A stretch of 64,000 nucleotides of DNA, taken from Pseudomonadota bacterium (GTDB lineage Bacteria; Pseudomonadota; Alphaproteobacteria; UBA11222). Both the position numbers and the translations under genes were made by a program. Below the pieces are notes generated by a model that saw only the letters and a program-made list of their open reading frames with translations, made no database searches and was not told the origin of the DNA. The DNA lies in assembly GCA_049325255.1 (NCBI GenBank), contig JBMOMW010000050.1, positions 3,120-67,119 of the forward strand. Direction: 5' to 3'. Shown here piece after piece: positions 52,716 to 61,897 of the stretch; the first letter of the stretch is position 1; each line of letters starts with the position of its first letter.

Positions 52716-53740
52716 TGTTTTATAAATTGCACCAACTCTGTCACATTTTCTGGCGGCGTTTCAGGTACAATTCCATGTCCCAGATTAAAGATAAACCGCC
52801 TGTTGCCCATCATCGTCAAAATCCGTTCTGCTTCCAGCAGCATGGATTTACCCCCTGTAACCAATAGCAGAGGATCAAGATTGCCCTGAACCGTAATATT
52901 CGGCTGTAATCTGTCCCGCGCATATTGAAGGGATAGCGCGGTATCCATGCTTATTCCGGATATTCCTGTTTCAATTGCATAATCCTCATAAAGTGAACCC
53001 GCGCCTTTCGGAAAACCAATCACAGGCACATCCGGGAATATTGCTTTCACCCTGCGGATAATTTCTCTTACCGGTTTGATGCACCAACGCCGGAATTCAG
53101 GTTCCGGCAAAGACCCGGCCCAAGTGTCAAAAATCTGCAGAACTTCAGCGCCAGCTTTTACCTGACCAATCAGATATTCAGCTGTGATATATACAATAAT
53201 ATCTATTAACGCCGTAAATCCTTCCGGATCCCGATAGGCCCAGATACGCGCAGCAGCCTGATCCTTGCTCCCCGTCCCTGCAACCATGTAGGTCGCCACA
53301 GTCCATGGCGCCCCTGCAAAGCCAATCAGGCAAACATCTTCTGGCAATTTCTGGCGTAAAAGGCGAACCGTCTCATAAACCGGCTCCAAACGTTTTACCG
53401 CACCTTCTATTTTCAAAACATCCAAATCAGATCGCTTTTGAATACAGGGTGAAAGCAAGGGACCAAGTTTTTCTTCAAACCTCACCCCCTGACCCAAAAC
53501 ATCCGGTATCACCAATATATCCGAAAATAATATGGAAGCATCAAAACCATACCGCCGGATTGGTTGCAACGTCACTTCCACCGCCAGTTCCGGCGAATAA
53601 CACAAATCCAGAAAACTGCCCCCACGCGCCCGAACCGCCCTATATTCCGGTAAATACCGCCCCGCCTGGCGCATCAACCATACTGGCGGGCGTTCCAGAA
53701 CTTCTCCCTTTAATGCCCTGAGTAATAATTTCTGGCTCAT
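52703..53740 (-). CDS. hemE: Uroporphyrinogen decarboxylase
   Basis: PVWLMRQAGRYLPEY and FNLGHG motifs. Confidence 0.98.
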   Translation of the reverse strand: MSQKLLLRALKGEVLERPPVWLMRQAGRYLPEYRAVRARGGSFLDLCYSPELAVEVTLQPIRRYGFDASILFSDILVIPDVLGQGVRFEEKLGPLLSPCIQKRSDLDVLKIEGAVKRLEPVYETVRLLRQKLPEDVCLIGFAGAPWTVATYMVAGTGSKDQAAARIWAYRDPEGFTALIDIIVYITAEYLIGQVKAGAEVLQIFDTWAGSLPEPEFRRWCIKPVREIIRRVKAIFPDVPVIGFPKGAGSLYEDYAIETGISGISMDTALSLQYARDRLQPNITVQGNLDPLLLVTGGKSMLLEAERILTMMGNRRFIFNLGHGIVPETPPENVTELVQFIKQWRL

Positions 53741-54065
53741 TTGTGGAGATTTTCCTTAATTCTGGTTTGATGCTCAAGATTTTCCACAGTTTTCTTCTTC
53801 TTATATATTTTTATAAAAAGGTTGTAGTAATAGTGGTTCCCCTGAAGATCGGGGATAAAATCTTTTACCCTATTTACCGGCATATATGGTCTCAAAACAG
53901 GCAGGACAGGGCTGGATCAAAACGGTTATGCTCATTATTCACACACTGGGCATTTTGTTATCCATGCCATAGAATTCATCCAACAAACAATGAACTAATC
54001 GGGATGTTTTTTTCAATGCCATGTTACACACCCGTCTATCCACCTGATTCACAGAGAATATTTAT
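53741..54065. other. Predicted replication origin oriC
   Basis: Lies in the hemE-DUF299 gap, the typical alphaproteobacterial ori position. DnaA-like boxes: TTTTCCACA 53780, CGGGGATAA 53850, TTATTCACA 53935, TTATCCATG 53958, CTATCCACC 54036, TGATTCACA 54045. AT-rich tract at 53790-53820. parS sites nearby. Confidence 0.88.
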
Positions 54066-54068
54066 GTG

Positions 54069-54935
54069 ATGGCGGATAATTCCCGGAATTTGCCTTTATC
54101 GCCAAAACTGGCCACTTATTTCCATTTACACCTGGTTTCTGACGCCACCGGTGAAACCTTAAACTCAGTGACCAAGGCCGCTATTGCCCAGTTCGATGAC
54201 GGAATAGCAATTGAACATACTTATGCCCTGGTGCGCACCACCCGTCATCTTGATCGTGTTCTCAGTCAAATAGAAGACATGCCAGGTATCGTAGTTTATA
54301 CACTGGTGAATTATGATTTGCGTGATATGCTGGAACAACGATGTGCCGATCTGCAATTACCCTGTCTATCCGTGCTTGATCCGGTCATCCAGATTATAGG
54401 CGGCTATCTGGGTTCGAAAATTTCTCATCGGCCTGGCAGCCAGCACACCCTTACACCTGAATATTTTCAACGCATAGAAGCCCTCCAATATACGATGGCG
54501 CATGATGATGGCCAGTCACTTCATGATCTTCATTCAGCCGACATTATTTTATTGGGGGTCAGCCGCACCTCCAAAACACCAACCTGCATTTATCTTGCAA
54601 ACCGGGGTCTCAAAGCCGCCAATATCCCCGTTGTGCCAAATATGGCTCTGCCTGAAATATTACCCACGCTTACCAAACCGCTGATTGTTGGTTTGACAAC
54701 AAACCCGGACCGTCTTGTTCAGGTACGGCGCAACCGGCTATTGTCTCTGAACGAAAATGATGAAACGACGTACACGGATATGGATTTGGTGATTGAAGAG
54801 ATCCGGTATGCAAGGCGGCTTTATGCACAAAACAACTGGCCGGTAATTGATGTCACCCGCCGCTCGATCGAAGAGACTGCTGCGGCTATTTTGAATCTAT
54901 TGTCCGGCCGCGAGACGGGTAAGGCAAAAACATAA
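54069..54935 (+). CDS. Pyruvate,phosphate/water dikinase regulatory kinase-pyrophosphorylase (DUF299)
   Basis: SDATGET, HDDG and GVSRTSKTP motifs. Confidence 0.93.
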   Translation: MADNSRNLPLSPKLATYFHLHLVSDATGETLNSVTKAAIAQFDDGIAIEHTYALVRTTRHLDRVLSQIEDMPGIVVYTLVNYDLRDMLEQRCADLQLPCLSVLDPVIQIIGGYLGSKISHRPGSQHTLTPEYFQRIEALQYTMAHDDGQSLHDLHSADIILLGVSRTSKTPTCIYLANRGLKAANIPVVPNMALPEILPTLTKPLIVGLTTNPDRLVQVRRNRLLSLNENDETTYTDMDLVIEEIRYARRLYAQNNWPVIDVTRRSIEETAAAILNLLSGRETGKAKT

Positions 54936-55786
54936 TGGCTGTTATCCCTCCGCGCGCGGGAATTATTGGATGGCCAGTTAACCATTCGCGTTCACCCATC
55001 CTGCATGGTTACTGGTTGCGCAAATACGCCATCGCTGGAAGTTATGAACGTATTCCGATTGCACCAGAGAATTTTGCTGCTGAATTTCGCGCGCTGGCAG
55101 TGCAGGGATATGTGGGCGCCAATATCACCATTCCACACAAACAATCCGCTATGACCTGCTGTGACGAGCTGGATTCCAATGCACAAAGACTGAAAGCCGT
55201 AAATACCATTGTCATCAAAGATGGACGCTTTTATGGCTCAAACACAGATGGTTTTGGGTTTATGGAAAATCTGCGCCAGGGCGCGCCGGACTGGAAACCC
55301 CATGCCGGTCCCGTGGTCATTATCGGTGCAGGCGGTGCTGCGCGCGCGGTGATTGCCGCGCTATGCGATGCAGGGGTGAAAGAAATTCATCTGTTCAATC
55401 GCACCCGCGCCCGGGCCGATCAATTGGCCAGTGATCTTGGCGGCCCCATTATGACAGGGGACTGGACCAGATTGCCCCGTGCGCTTTCGGATTGCGGCTT
55501 GCTGGTTAATTGTTCCAGTCTTGGTATGGCGGGCCAGCCGCCGCTGGAAATTTCACTTCAGGCATTGCCGCCCTCCGCTTATGTGACCGATCTTGTATAT
55601 ACGCCGCTTCTTACGCCCTTGCTGATAGCCGCGGCGGCGCGGGGAAATCCCACCATTGACGGACTCGGCATGCTATTACATCAGGCGCGTCCGGGTTTTG
55701 CGGCCTGGTTTGGAATTATGCCCGAAGTGGATGACGCATTGCGCAATCTTTTGCTGTCAGATATTGAAAATGCGAAAGGAAACTAA
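54935..55786 (+). CDS. aroE: Shikimate dehydrogenase
   Basis: HSRSP, NITIPHK, NTDG and GAGGAAR motifs. Confidence 0.96.
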   Translation: MAVIPPRAGIIGWPVNHSRSPILHGYWLRKYAIAGSYERIPIAPENFAAEFRALAVQGYVGANITIPHKQSAMTCCDELDSNAQRLKAVNTIVIKDGRFYGSNTDGFGFMENLRQGAPDWKPHAGPVVIIGAGGAARAVIAALCDAGVKEIHLFNRTRARADQLASDLGGPIMTGDWTRLPRALSDCGLLVNCSSLGMAGQPPLEISLQALPPSAYVTDLVYTPLLTPLLIAAAARGNPTIDGLGMLLHQARPGFAAWFGIMPEVDDALRNLLLSDIENAKGN

Positions 55787-55789
55787 ACC

Positions 55790-56491
55790 ATGGTGATTGT
55801 CGGGCTGACCGGCTCCATTGGCATGGGAAAATCTGAAACTGCGAAAATGTTTCGCAGTTTGGGTATTCCCGTCTATGACGCGGACGCCGCTGTGCACGCT
55901 ATTTATGCGCCGGGCGGTTCGGCGGTGGCCCCGATAGAAGCCGCTTTTCCCGGCGTGACCAATGCCAATGGCGTGGACCGCGACGCGCTGGCTAAACTGG
56001 TGCTGAATGATCCTGCTGCGCTGAAAAAACTGGAAGCGATTGTGCATCCGCTGGTTGGGCTGGAACAGCAAAAGTTTCTCGAACAGGCAGCGGCTGAAAA
56101 TGCAGACATAATTGTGATTGATGTGCCGCTATTATATGAAACCGGCGGTCAGAAACGGGTGGATTGTGTGGTGCTGGTAAGTGCGCCCTATGAATTGCAG
56201 CGCGAACGGGTATTGGCGCGCCCGGGCATGAGCGAAGAAAAATTTCAGTCAATTTTGGCAAAGCAGGCGCCGGACGCTGAAAAACGTCAACAGGCTGATT
56301 ATATCATCGATTCAAGTCAGGGCATTGAGCCTGCGATGGCGCAAGTGAAGGCCTTGATCCCCCTGCTTAAAAAAGTTCCAGCGAAAGCCTGGGCATCGCG
56401 TCTGCGCGATGCCAATGAAAATAGTCAATCGCGCCTGCGCGATGCTAAAGAAAACAGTCAATCGCGCAGACAAGAAAGTGAAAAAGGATAA
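55790..56491 (+). CDS. coaE: Dephospho-CoA kinase with a repeat tail
   Basis: [11 protein letters not shown] and DVPLLYE motifs. Confidence 0.96.
   Translation: MVIVGLTGSIGMGKSETAKMFRSLGIPVYDADAAVHAIYAPGGSAVAPIEAAFPGVTNANGVDRDALAKLVLNDPAALKKLEAIVHPLVGLEQQKFLEQAAAENADIIVIDVPLLYETGGQKRVDCVVLVSAPYELQRERVLARPGMSEEKFQSILAKQAPDAEKRQQADYIIDSSQGIEPAMAQVKALIPLLKKVPAKAWASRLRDANENSQSRLRDAKENSQSRRQESEKG
56396..56467 (+). repeat. 33-bp tandem duplication in the coaE 3' end
   Basis: TCGCGTCTGCGCGATGCCAATGAAAATAGTCAA / TCGCGCCTGCGCGATGCTAAAGAAAACAGTCAA / TCGCGC. Confidence 0.9.
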
Positions 56492-56494
56492 GCA

Positions 56495-57187
56495 TTGCGC
56501 GAAATCGTACTGGATACGGAAACCACCGGCCTGGATCCGCGCAGCGACCGGATTATCGAAATCGGCTGCATTGAGTTGTTCAACCATGTGCCGACGGGCA
56601 TGACGTTCCATACCTATCTCAATCCCAAACGCGATATCGCCGCCGAGGCCTTCAATGTGCATGGCATCAGCGCGGAATTTCTCAGCGATAAGCCGCTGTT
56701 CGGTGATATCGCGGTGGCGTTCAGCGATTTTATCGCTGATACGCAGCTGGTGATTCATAATGCGGCCTTTGACCTGAGCTTTTTGAACAGTGAATTTGAC
56801 CGGATCGGTTTTGGTAAACTGCCGCCGGGCCGGGCGATCGATACGCTGCTGATTGCGCGGCGTAAATTTCCCGGCGGGCAAAACAGTCTGGATGGGCTGT
56901 GCCGCCGTTTTGGCATTGATATATCGGGGCGTGAACAGCATGGCGCGCTGAAGGATTCAGAATTGCTGGCCGCAGTCTATCTTGAACTGATCGGGGGCGC
57001 GCAAAGCGGCCTGGCGCTGGATGGTCCCGCAGGCCTGGGTCAGGCGGGTCAAACCCTTGCGGGGCTGGCGCCGCAGACAAGACCCGCCCGGCCCAGCCCG
57101 CTGGCCCCGCGGCTGACAGAGGCCGAACGCGCCGCCCATGAGGCCTTTGTCACGACACTGGGCGCCGCGCCGCTCTGGAAAGGCTGA
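56495..57187 (+). CDS. dnaQ: DNA polymerase III epsilon subunit
   Basis: LDTETTG, HNAAFD and HGAL.D motifs; TTG start. Confidence 0.96.
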   Translation: MREIVLDTETTGLDPRSDRIIEIGCIELFNHVPTGMTFHTYLNPKRDIAAEAFNVHGISAEFLSDKPLFGDIAVAFSDFIADTQLVIHNAAFDLSFLNSEFDRIGFGKLPPGRAIDTLLIARRKFPGGQNSLDGLCRRFGIDISGREQHGALKDSELLAAVYLELIGGAQSGLALDGPAGLGQAGQTLAGLAPQTRPARPSPLAPRLTEAERAAHEAFVTTLGAAPLWKG

Positions 57188-57685
57188 TTATTGCTGTTTT
57201 GTTGCCTCGGCTTCGGCCTGTAATTGTGTCATGCGCTGGCGGTAAAGTTGGGAAAAGTCGATATTATCCAGCATCAGCGGCGCATAGCCACCGTCACGGG
57301 TCATGTCGGCAATGATGCGCCGGGCAAACGGGAACAACAGCCGTGGGCATTCGATCAACAGCACAGGTTGCAGGGTTTCCGCCGGTATGTTGAATAGCTG
57401 GAACACGCCGCCATACAGAAGTTCGGCCAGGAAAATGGTGGTTTCCTCCTGTTTGGCATGGACGGAAATCTTCAGTTCCACCTCATAATTGGGCTCTGCG
57501 CCGCGCCGGACCTGCACATCAATGCCGACACTGATGCTGGGCGTTTTTGCGCCCCTTGCCAGACTGCCCGGTGCGCCCGGGTTTTCAAAAGACTGGTCTT
57601 TTACATATTGGGCCGCAATCGAGAGGCGGGGTTCCGCATCAGCGGATGGCTCAGGATTCGTCCCTTTGGGATCAGTGTCGGTCAT
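57188..57685 (-). CDS. secB: Protein-export chaperone SecB
   Basis: QYVKD.SFENP and ECPRLLFPFAR motifs. Confidence 0.95.
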   Translation of the reverse strand: MTDTDPKGTNPEPSADAEPRLSIAAQYVKDQSFENPGAPGSLARGAKTPSISVGIDVQVRRGAEPNYEVELKISVHAKQEETTIFLAELLYGGVFQLFNIPAETLQPVLLIECPRLLFPFARRIIADMTRDGGYAPLMLDNIDFSQLYRQRMTQLQAEAEATKQQ

Positions 57686-57838
57686 ATTGTTTGGCTTTCA
57701 TTACTGTAAATTCCTATATCTGGCTAACATGGATAGGCTGCCGCGCCAAGAGTCTGTGGCGAACCCGTCACAGATGGGTTAGGATGGCGGTTCAGCGGCC
57801 ATCCGGGGCCATTCCGGGGCCATATAGCGGGTTGGATA

Positions 57839-58555
57839 ATGGGTCAGGGCTTTCAATTTCTCGATCTGATATTTTTGGGCATGATCGCCGTGTTCATCCT
57901 GTTGCGGCTGCGCAATGTATTGGGCACGCGCACCGGCCATGAAAAGCCGCCGGAAGATTTGCGCGCGGGCCACACCGGACCGCTTTCTGGTCAAAAGGAA
58001 GGCGCCGTCGTCGCTCTGCCGCGACGTGGCGGAGCCAGCGGTACGGCGCCGCTTTCCCAGGCCGAAATCCGTTTACGGCAGTCCCTGACGGAAATCGCCC
58101 TGGCTGACCCGCAATTTGACGCCGATGATTTTGCGGACGGGGCGCGTCAGGCCTATGAAATGATCATTATCGGTTTTGCCCAGGGCGACCGGGATCTGCT
58201 GCGCGGTATGGTGGGTGAGGATGTCTTCGCCAATTTCGACGCCGCCATCACGGCGCGTCAGGCCGCTGGTCAGACCATGGAAACCCGCCTCGCCGCCATC
58301 AAGGATGCACATATTACGCAGGCAAGCCTGCGTGGCAAAATGGCCGAAGTGACGGTGAAATTTACCGCCGATCTGATTTCCTGTGTGAATAATGCGGCGG
58401 GCGATCTGGTGCAGGGCCACCCCACTTTGCCACAGCAGGTTTCGGAACTCTGGACATTTGCCCGTGATACGACTTCGAAAGATCCGAATTGGACGCTGAT
58501 CGCGACATCGGCTGACACCGTAACTGATGCCCCCAGCGCCGCCCCGAAAGATTAG
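57839..58555 (+). CDS. Tim44/TimA family protein
   Basis: LRLRNVLGTRTGHE and WTFARD...DPNW motifs. Confidence 0.9.
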   Translation: MGQGFQFLDLIFLGMIAVFILLRLRNVLGTRTGHEKPPEDLRAGHTGPLSGQKEGAVVALPRRGGASGTAPLSQAEIRLRQSLTEIALADPQFDADDFADGARQAYEMIIIGFAQGDRDLLRGMVGEDVFANFDAAITARQAAGQTMETRLAAIKDAHITQASLRGKMAEVTVKFTADLISCVNNAAGDLVQGHPTLPQQVSELWTFARDTTSKDPNWTLIATSADTVTDAPSAAPKD

Positions 58556-59777
58556 CCTGGCGTTTGCGCTGTCAGGCGCGCTGCTGGCCGGCGTGCTGGT
58601 GGGGGTGTTGGCGGGGCCGGATCTGCGCCAGTTTTTTGCCGGACTGATCGCGCCGCAACCCGATCATTTAACCCTCACCCCGGTCAGCTATGCTGCGTTG
58701 CCGGGATGGTCAGATGATCCGCTGCAAGGGTTTGCAGGCGCGCTAAACCGCTCCTGCCGGGTTTTTCTGGCGCAAAAGCCGGATAAGCCTGTGGGGCCAA
58801 AGGGCCGTTTTGGCAAGGCGGCGGATTGGGCGGAGATGTGCCATCGGGCCGGGGCGTTGCCCGAAAACATCTCCGGTGCGCCATTGCGCAATTTTCTTGA
58901 GCAGGCATTCGTGCCCATGGCCGTGCGCAATGGCCGCCGCGATCAGGGCAAATTTACCGGCTATTATGAACCCGAATTGCGCGGCAGCCTGCGCAAACAG
59001 GGGGCCTATCAGGTGGCGTTGCTGCGCGCGCCCGAAAATCTGGTAGCCGTCAATCTGGGTGATTTTAATCCGCAATGGCGCGGGCAGCGTATTGCCGGGC
59101 GGGTAAGCGATGGCAAATTACGGCCTTTGCAGGCGCGCGCCGAAATTGTGGCGGGCGCGCTGGCGTCGGAAAGGCTTGAACTGCTCTATGTGGACGATCC
59201 GGTCGATGCGTTCTTTCTGCATATTCAGGGTTCGGGCCGGGTGCGGCTGGACGATGGCCGGGTGATCCGGCTGGGCTATGCCGGGCAGAACGGGCATCCC
59301 TATGTGGCGATCGGCAAAAACCTGGTGCAGTCCGGCGCGATCCGGCGCGAGGATATTTCCATGCAGTCGATCCGCGCCTGGCTTGACGCCAATCCCGGCG
59401 AACGTGACGCCGTGCTGAATGCCAATCCGTCTTATGTGTTTTTCCGTGAACTCGCAGGCGGCGATCCCGCACTTGGCCCGCCCGGTGCGCAGAATGCGCC
59501 GCTGACGCCGGGGCGCAGCCTGGCGGTAGATCCCGACTTTCACGCGCTTGGGGTTCCGGTCTGGCTGGACAGCGTGACACCCGATGGCGAAGCCTTGCAG
59601 CGCCTGATGGTGGCCCAGGACACCGGCGGCGCCATTCGCGGCCCGGTGCGCGGCGACGTGTTCTGGGGCTTTGGCGAACAGGCGGCGCAAAATGCCGGAC
59701 GCATGAACAGCGACGGGCGTATGTTTATCCTGCTGCCACACAGTGTTGCGGAACTGGCCGTTGAGGAAGGAAAATAA
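58527..59777 (+). CDS. mltA: Lytic murein transglycosylase MltA
   Basis: TGYYEP, IQGSG and QDTGGAI.G..RGD motifs. Confidence 0.93.
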   Translation: MPPAPPRKISLAFALSGALLAGVLVGVLAGPDLRQFFAGLIAPQPDHLTLTPVSYAALPGWSDDPLQGFAGALNRSCRVFLAQKPDKPVGPKGRFGKAADWAEMCHRAGALPENISGAPLRNFLEQAFVPMAVRNGRRDQGKFTGYYEPELRGSLRKQGAYQVALLRAPENLVAVNLGDFNPQWRGQRIAGRVSDGKLRPLQARAEIVAGALASERLELLYVDDPVDAFFLHIQGSGRVRLDDGRVIRLGYAGQNGHPYVAIGKNLVQSGAIRREDISMQSIRAWLDANPGERDAVLNANPSYVFFRELAGGDPALGPPGAQNAPLTPGRSLAVDPDFHALGVPVWLDSVTPDGEALQRLMVAQDTGGAIRGPVRGDVFWGFGEQAAQNAGRMNSDGRMFILLPHSVAELAVEEGK

Positions 59778-59830
59778 CGCCACCCGCCATTCCCCGTATT
59801 TTGTCGAATGCTGTTGAATTTATGTGTTGA

Positions 59831-59901
59831 TATTAAAATTAGCGGCTCCACTATTTTAATAAAACGCGATTTCTTAAAATAGCAGCTTGCCATAATTTAA
59901 G
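59831..59901. promoter_or_regulatory. Twin palindromic operator-like sites upstream of fic
   Basis: TATTAAAATTAG-N8-CTATTTTAATA and CTTAAAATAG-N8-CATAATTTAAG. Confidence 0.5.
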
Positions 59902-59992
59902 CATCGCAGCAGAATGCCATATCGCCATAGTCGATACTGCGCCTGCCTGTATTTGTGTTATCTGGAGTTTTATAAAAATAATGCAAGGATAT

Positions 59993-61126
59993 ATGAACTT
60001 TAACGATTTCAAAGCAGGTACATGGAAAAAGCAATATCAGTATAAGAGCTTTTCACCTGTATTAATTAATCATGGTTGGTTATGGGACGACCCATCTATT
60101 AATATTCTTCTTGAGAGTGCAACAAGAGCATTGGGAGAATTAAACGCTTTTTCATTCATTATTCCAAATGTCGATTTATTTATTGAAATGCATATCGCCA
60201 AGGAGGCGCATACCTCAAGCCGTATCGAGGGGACCAGGACAAGCTTTGAAACGGAGCTGATGCCCGAAGACGCGATTGCACCGGAAATGCGCGATGATTG
60301 GCATGAGGTTCGTAATTATGTTGCGGCCATGAACATGGCGATACAGGAATTGCCGCATATGCCTGTGTCCACGCGGCTATTGTGTCGCGCCCACGCGATT
60401 TTAATGCAGGGTGTGCGCGGGCAAAATAAAAATCCGGGAGAATATCGCCGGTCACAGAACTGGATTGGCGGCTCGGGGCCAATGGATGCGGCATTCGTGC
60501 CGCCACATCATGATGAAGTGCCAGAACTGATGGGCGATCTGGAAAAGTTCCTGCATAATGAGGATATAGAGGTGCCGGATCTTGTGCGTGCCGCCATCGC
60601 GCACTATCAATTTGAAACCATACACCCCTTTAGCGATGGTAATGGCCGGGTAGGACGCTTGCTGATCACGCTCTATTTGGTTAGCCGGGGCATTCTGCAA
60701 AAACCCACGCTTTATCTTTCAGATTTTTTCGAGCGCAACCGCTCATCCTATATTGATTCCCTGATGCGGGTGCGCACGGCAAATGATATCGGGCATTGGG
60801 TTCGTTTTTTTCTGGCCGGCGTTCTGGAAATTTCCAAAAAAGGGCGTGAAACATTTCAGTCCATACAGGCTTTGCGTGAAGAGGTTGCGCATCAGTGTCT
60901 GGGTCTGGGGCGGCGCGCCCAGAAAGCGGAGCGCGTGTTGACTGTGCTTTACCGCAGTCCCATTGTATCGGCCAGGGATATTGAAACAGAGCTTGATGTA
61001 ACCAGCGCCACGGCCAACGCTATTATTCGGGAGCTTGTAAAGCTTAACATACTAAGAGAAATTACAGGTATGCGGCGCCATCGCCTATATGTGTTTGATC
61101 GTTATTTACGCCTGCTGACGGATTGA
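59993..61126 (+). CDS. Fic-domain protein (class II-like) with a C-terminal wHTH
   Basis: HPFSDGNGRVGR catalytic motif; N-terminal SSRIEG inhibitory motif. Confidence 0.92.
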   Translation: MNFNDFKAGTWKKQYQYKSFSPVLINHGWLWDDPSINILLESATRALGELNAFSFIIPNVDLFIEMHIAKEAHTSSRIEGTRTSFETELMPEDAIAPEMRDDWHEVRNYVAAMNMAIQELPHMPVSTRLLCRAHAILMQGVRGQNKNPGEYRRSQNWIGGSGPMDAAFVPPHHDEVPELMGDLEKFLHNEDIEVPDLVRAAIAHYQFETIHPFSDGNGRVGRLLITLYLVSRGILQKPTLYLSDFFERNRSSYIDSLMRVRTANDIGHWVRFFLAGVLEISKKGRETFQSIQALREEVAHQCLGLGRRAQKAERVLTVLYRSPIVSARDIETELDVTSATANAIIRELVKLNILREITGMRRHRLYVFDRYLRLLTD

Positions 61127-61147
61127 AATCACGAAAGAACCGCTGAT

Positions 61148-61897
61148 ATGACCGCTAGCCCAAATATTGCCCTGTTCGTTACCTGTCTGGTGGATTTGTT
61201 TCGCCCGCAGGCCGCCTTTGCGGCGGTGCGATTGCTGGAGGATGCGGGATGTATTGTGCATGTTCCCGCCGCCCAGACCTGTTGTGGACAACCGGGCTAT
61301 AATAGCGGTGACAAAGTGGGCGCGGGGCGGCTTGCCGTGCAAACCATCCGTCTGCTGATGGATTATGATTATGTGGTGGTTCCCAGCGGTTCATGCGCCG
61401 CGATGATCAAACAGCATTATCCGCAATTGCTGGCCGGTGACGCCGCATTGCTGGCGCAGGCGCGCGCGCTTGCAGACAAGACCTTTGAACTGACACAGTT
61501 TCTGCATGATGTGATGCATTACAAACCCGCCTTCGCGATGGCTGAGAAAATTACTTATCATGACGCCTGTTCGGGTCTGCGCGAATTGGGCATTCAGGCG
61601 CAGCCCCGCGCGTTGCTGCCATCACCGGTTATTGAAAATAATGATGGCAAAACCTGCTGCGGATTCGGCGGTACGTTCTGCGTGAAATATACCGGTGTCT
61701 CCACGGCCATCGCAGACAAGAAGCTGGATAAATTTTCCGCCACCGGCGCCACCACTGTGACCGGCGGCGATCTGGGGTGTCTGATGCATCTGGCGGGGCG
61801 CGCAGCGCGACGCGGCATGGATTTACACTTCAGGCATGTCGCGGAAATATTGGCGGGGGACGTTCAAACTCCCGCCATTGCGGAGCCTGAGAAATAA
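61148..61897 (+). CDS. lutA: Lactate utilization Fe-S protein LutA/LldE
   Basis: CCGQP and CCGFGGTF motifs. Confidence 0.88.
   Translation: MTASPNIALFVTCLVDLFRPQAAFAAVRLLEDAGCIVHVPAAQTCCGQPGYNSGDKVGAGRLAVQTIRLLMDYDYVVVPSGSCAAMIKQHYPQLLAGDAALLAQARALADKTFELTQFLHDVMHYKPAFAMAEKITYHDACSGLRELGIQAQPRALLPSPVIENNDGKTCCGFGGTFCVKYTGVSTAIADKKLDKFSATGATTVTGGDLGCLMHLAGRAARRGMDLHFRHVAEILAGDVQTPAIAEPEK

Noticed and set aside
53743-54069. 108-aa ORF across the hemE-DUF299 gap
   Set aside because: It overlaps the oriC motifs, has atypical composition and has no recognisable RBS or motif.
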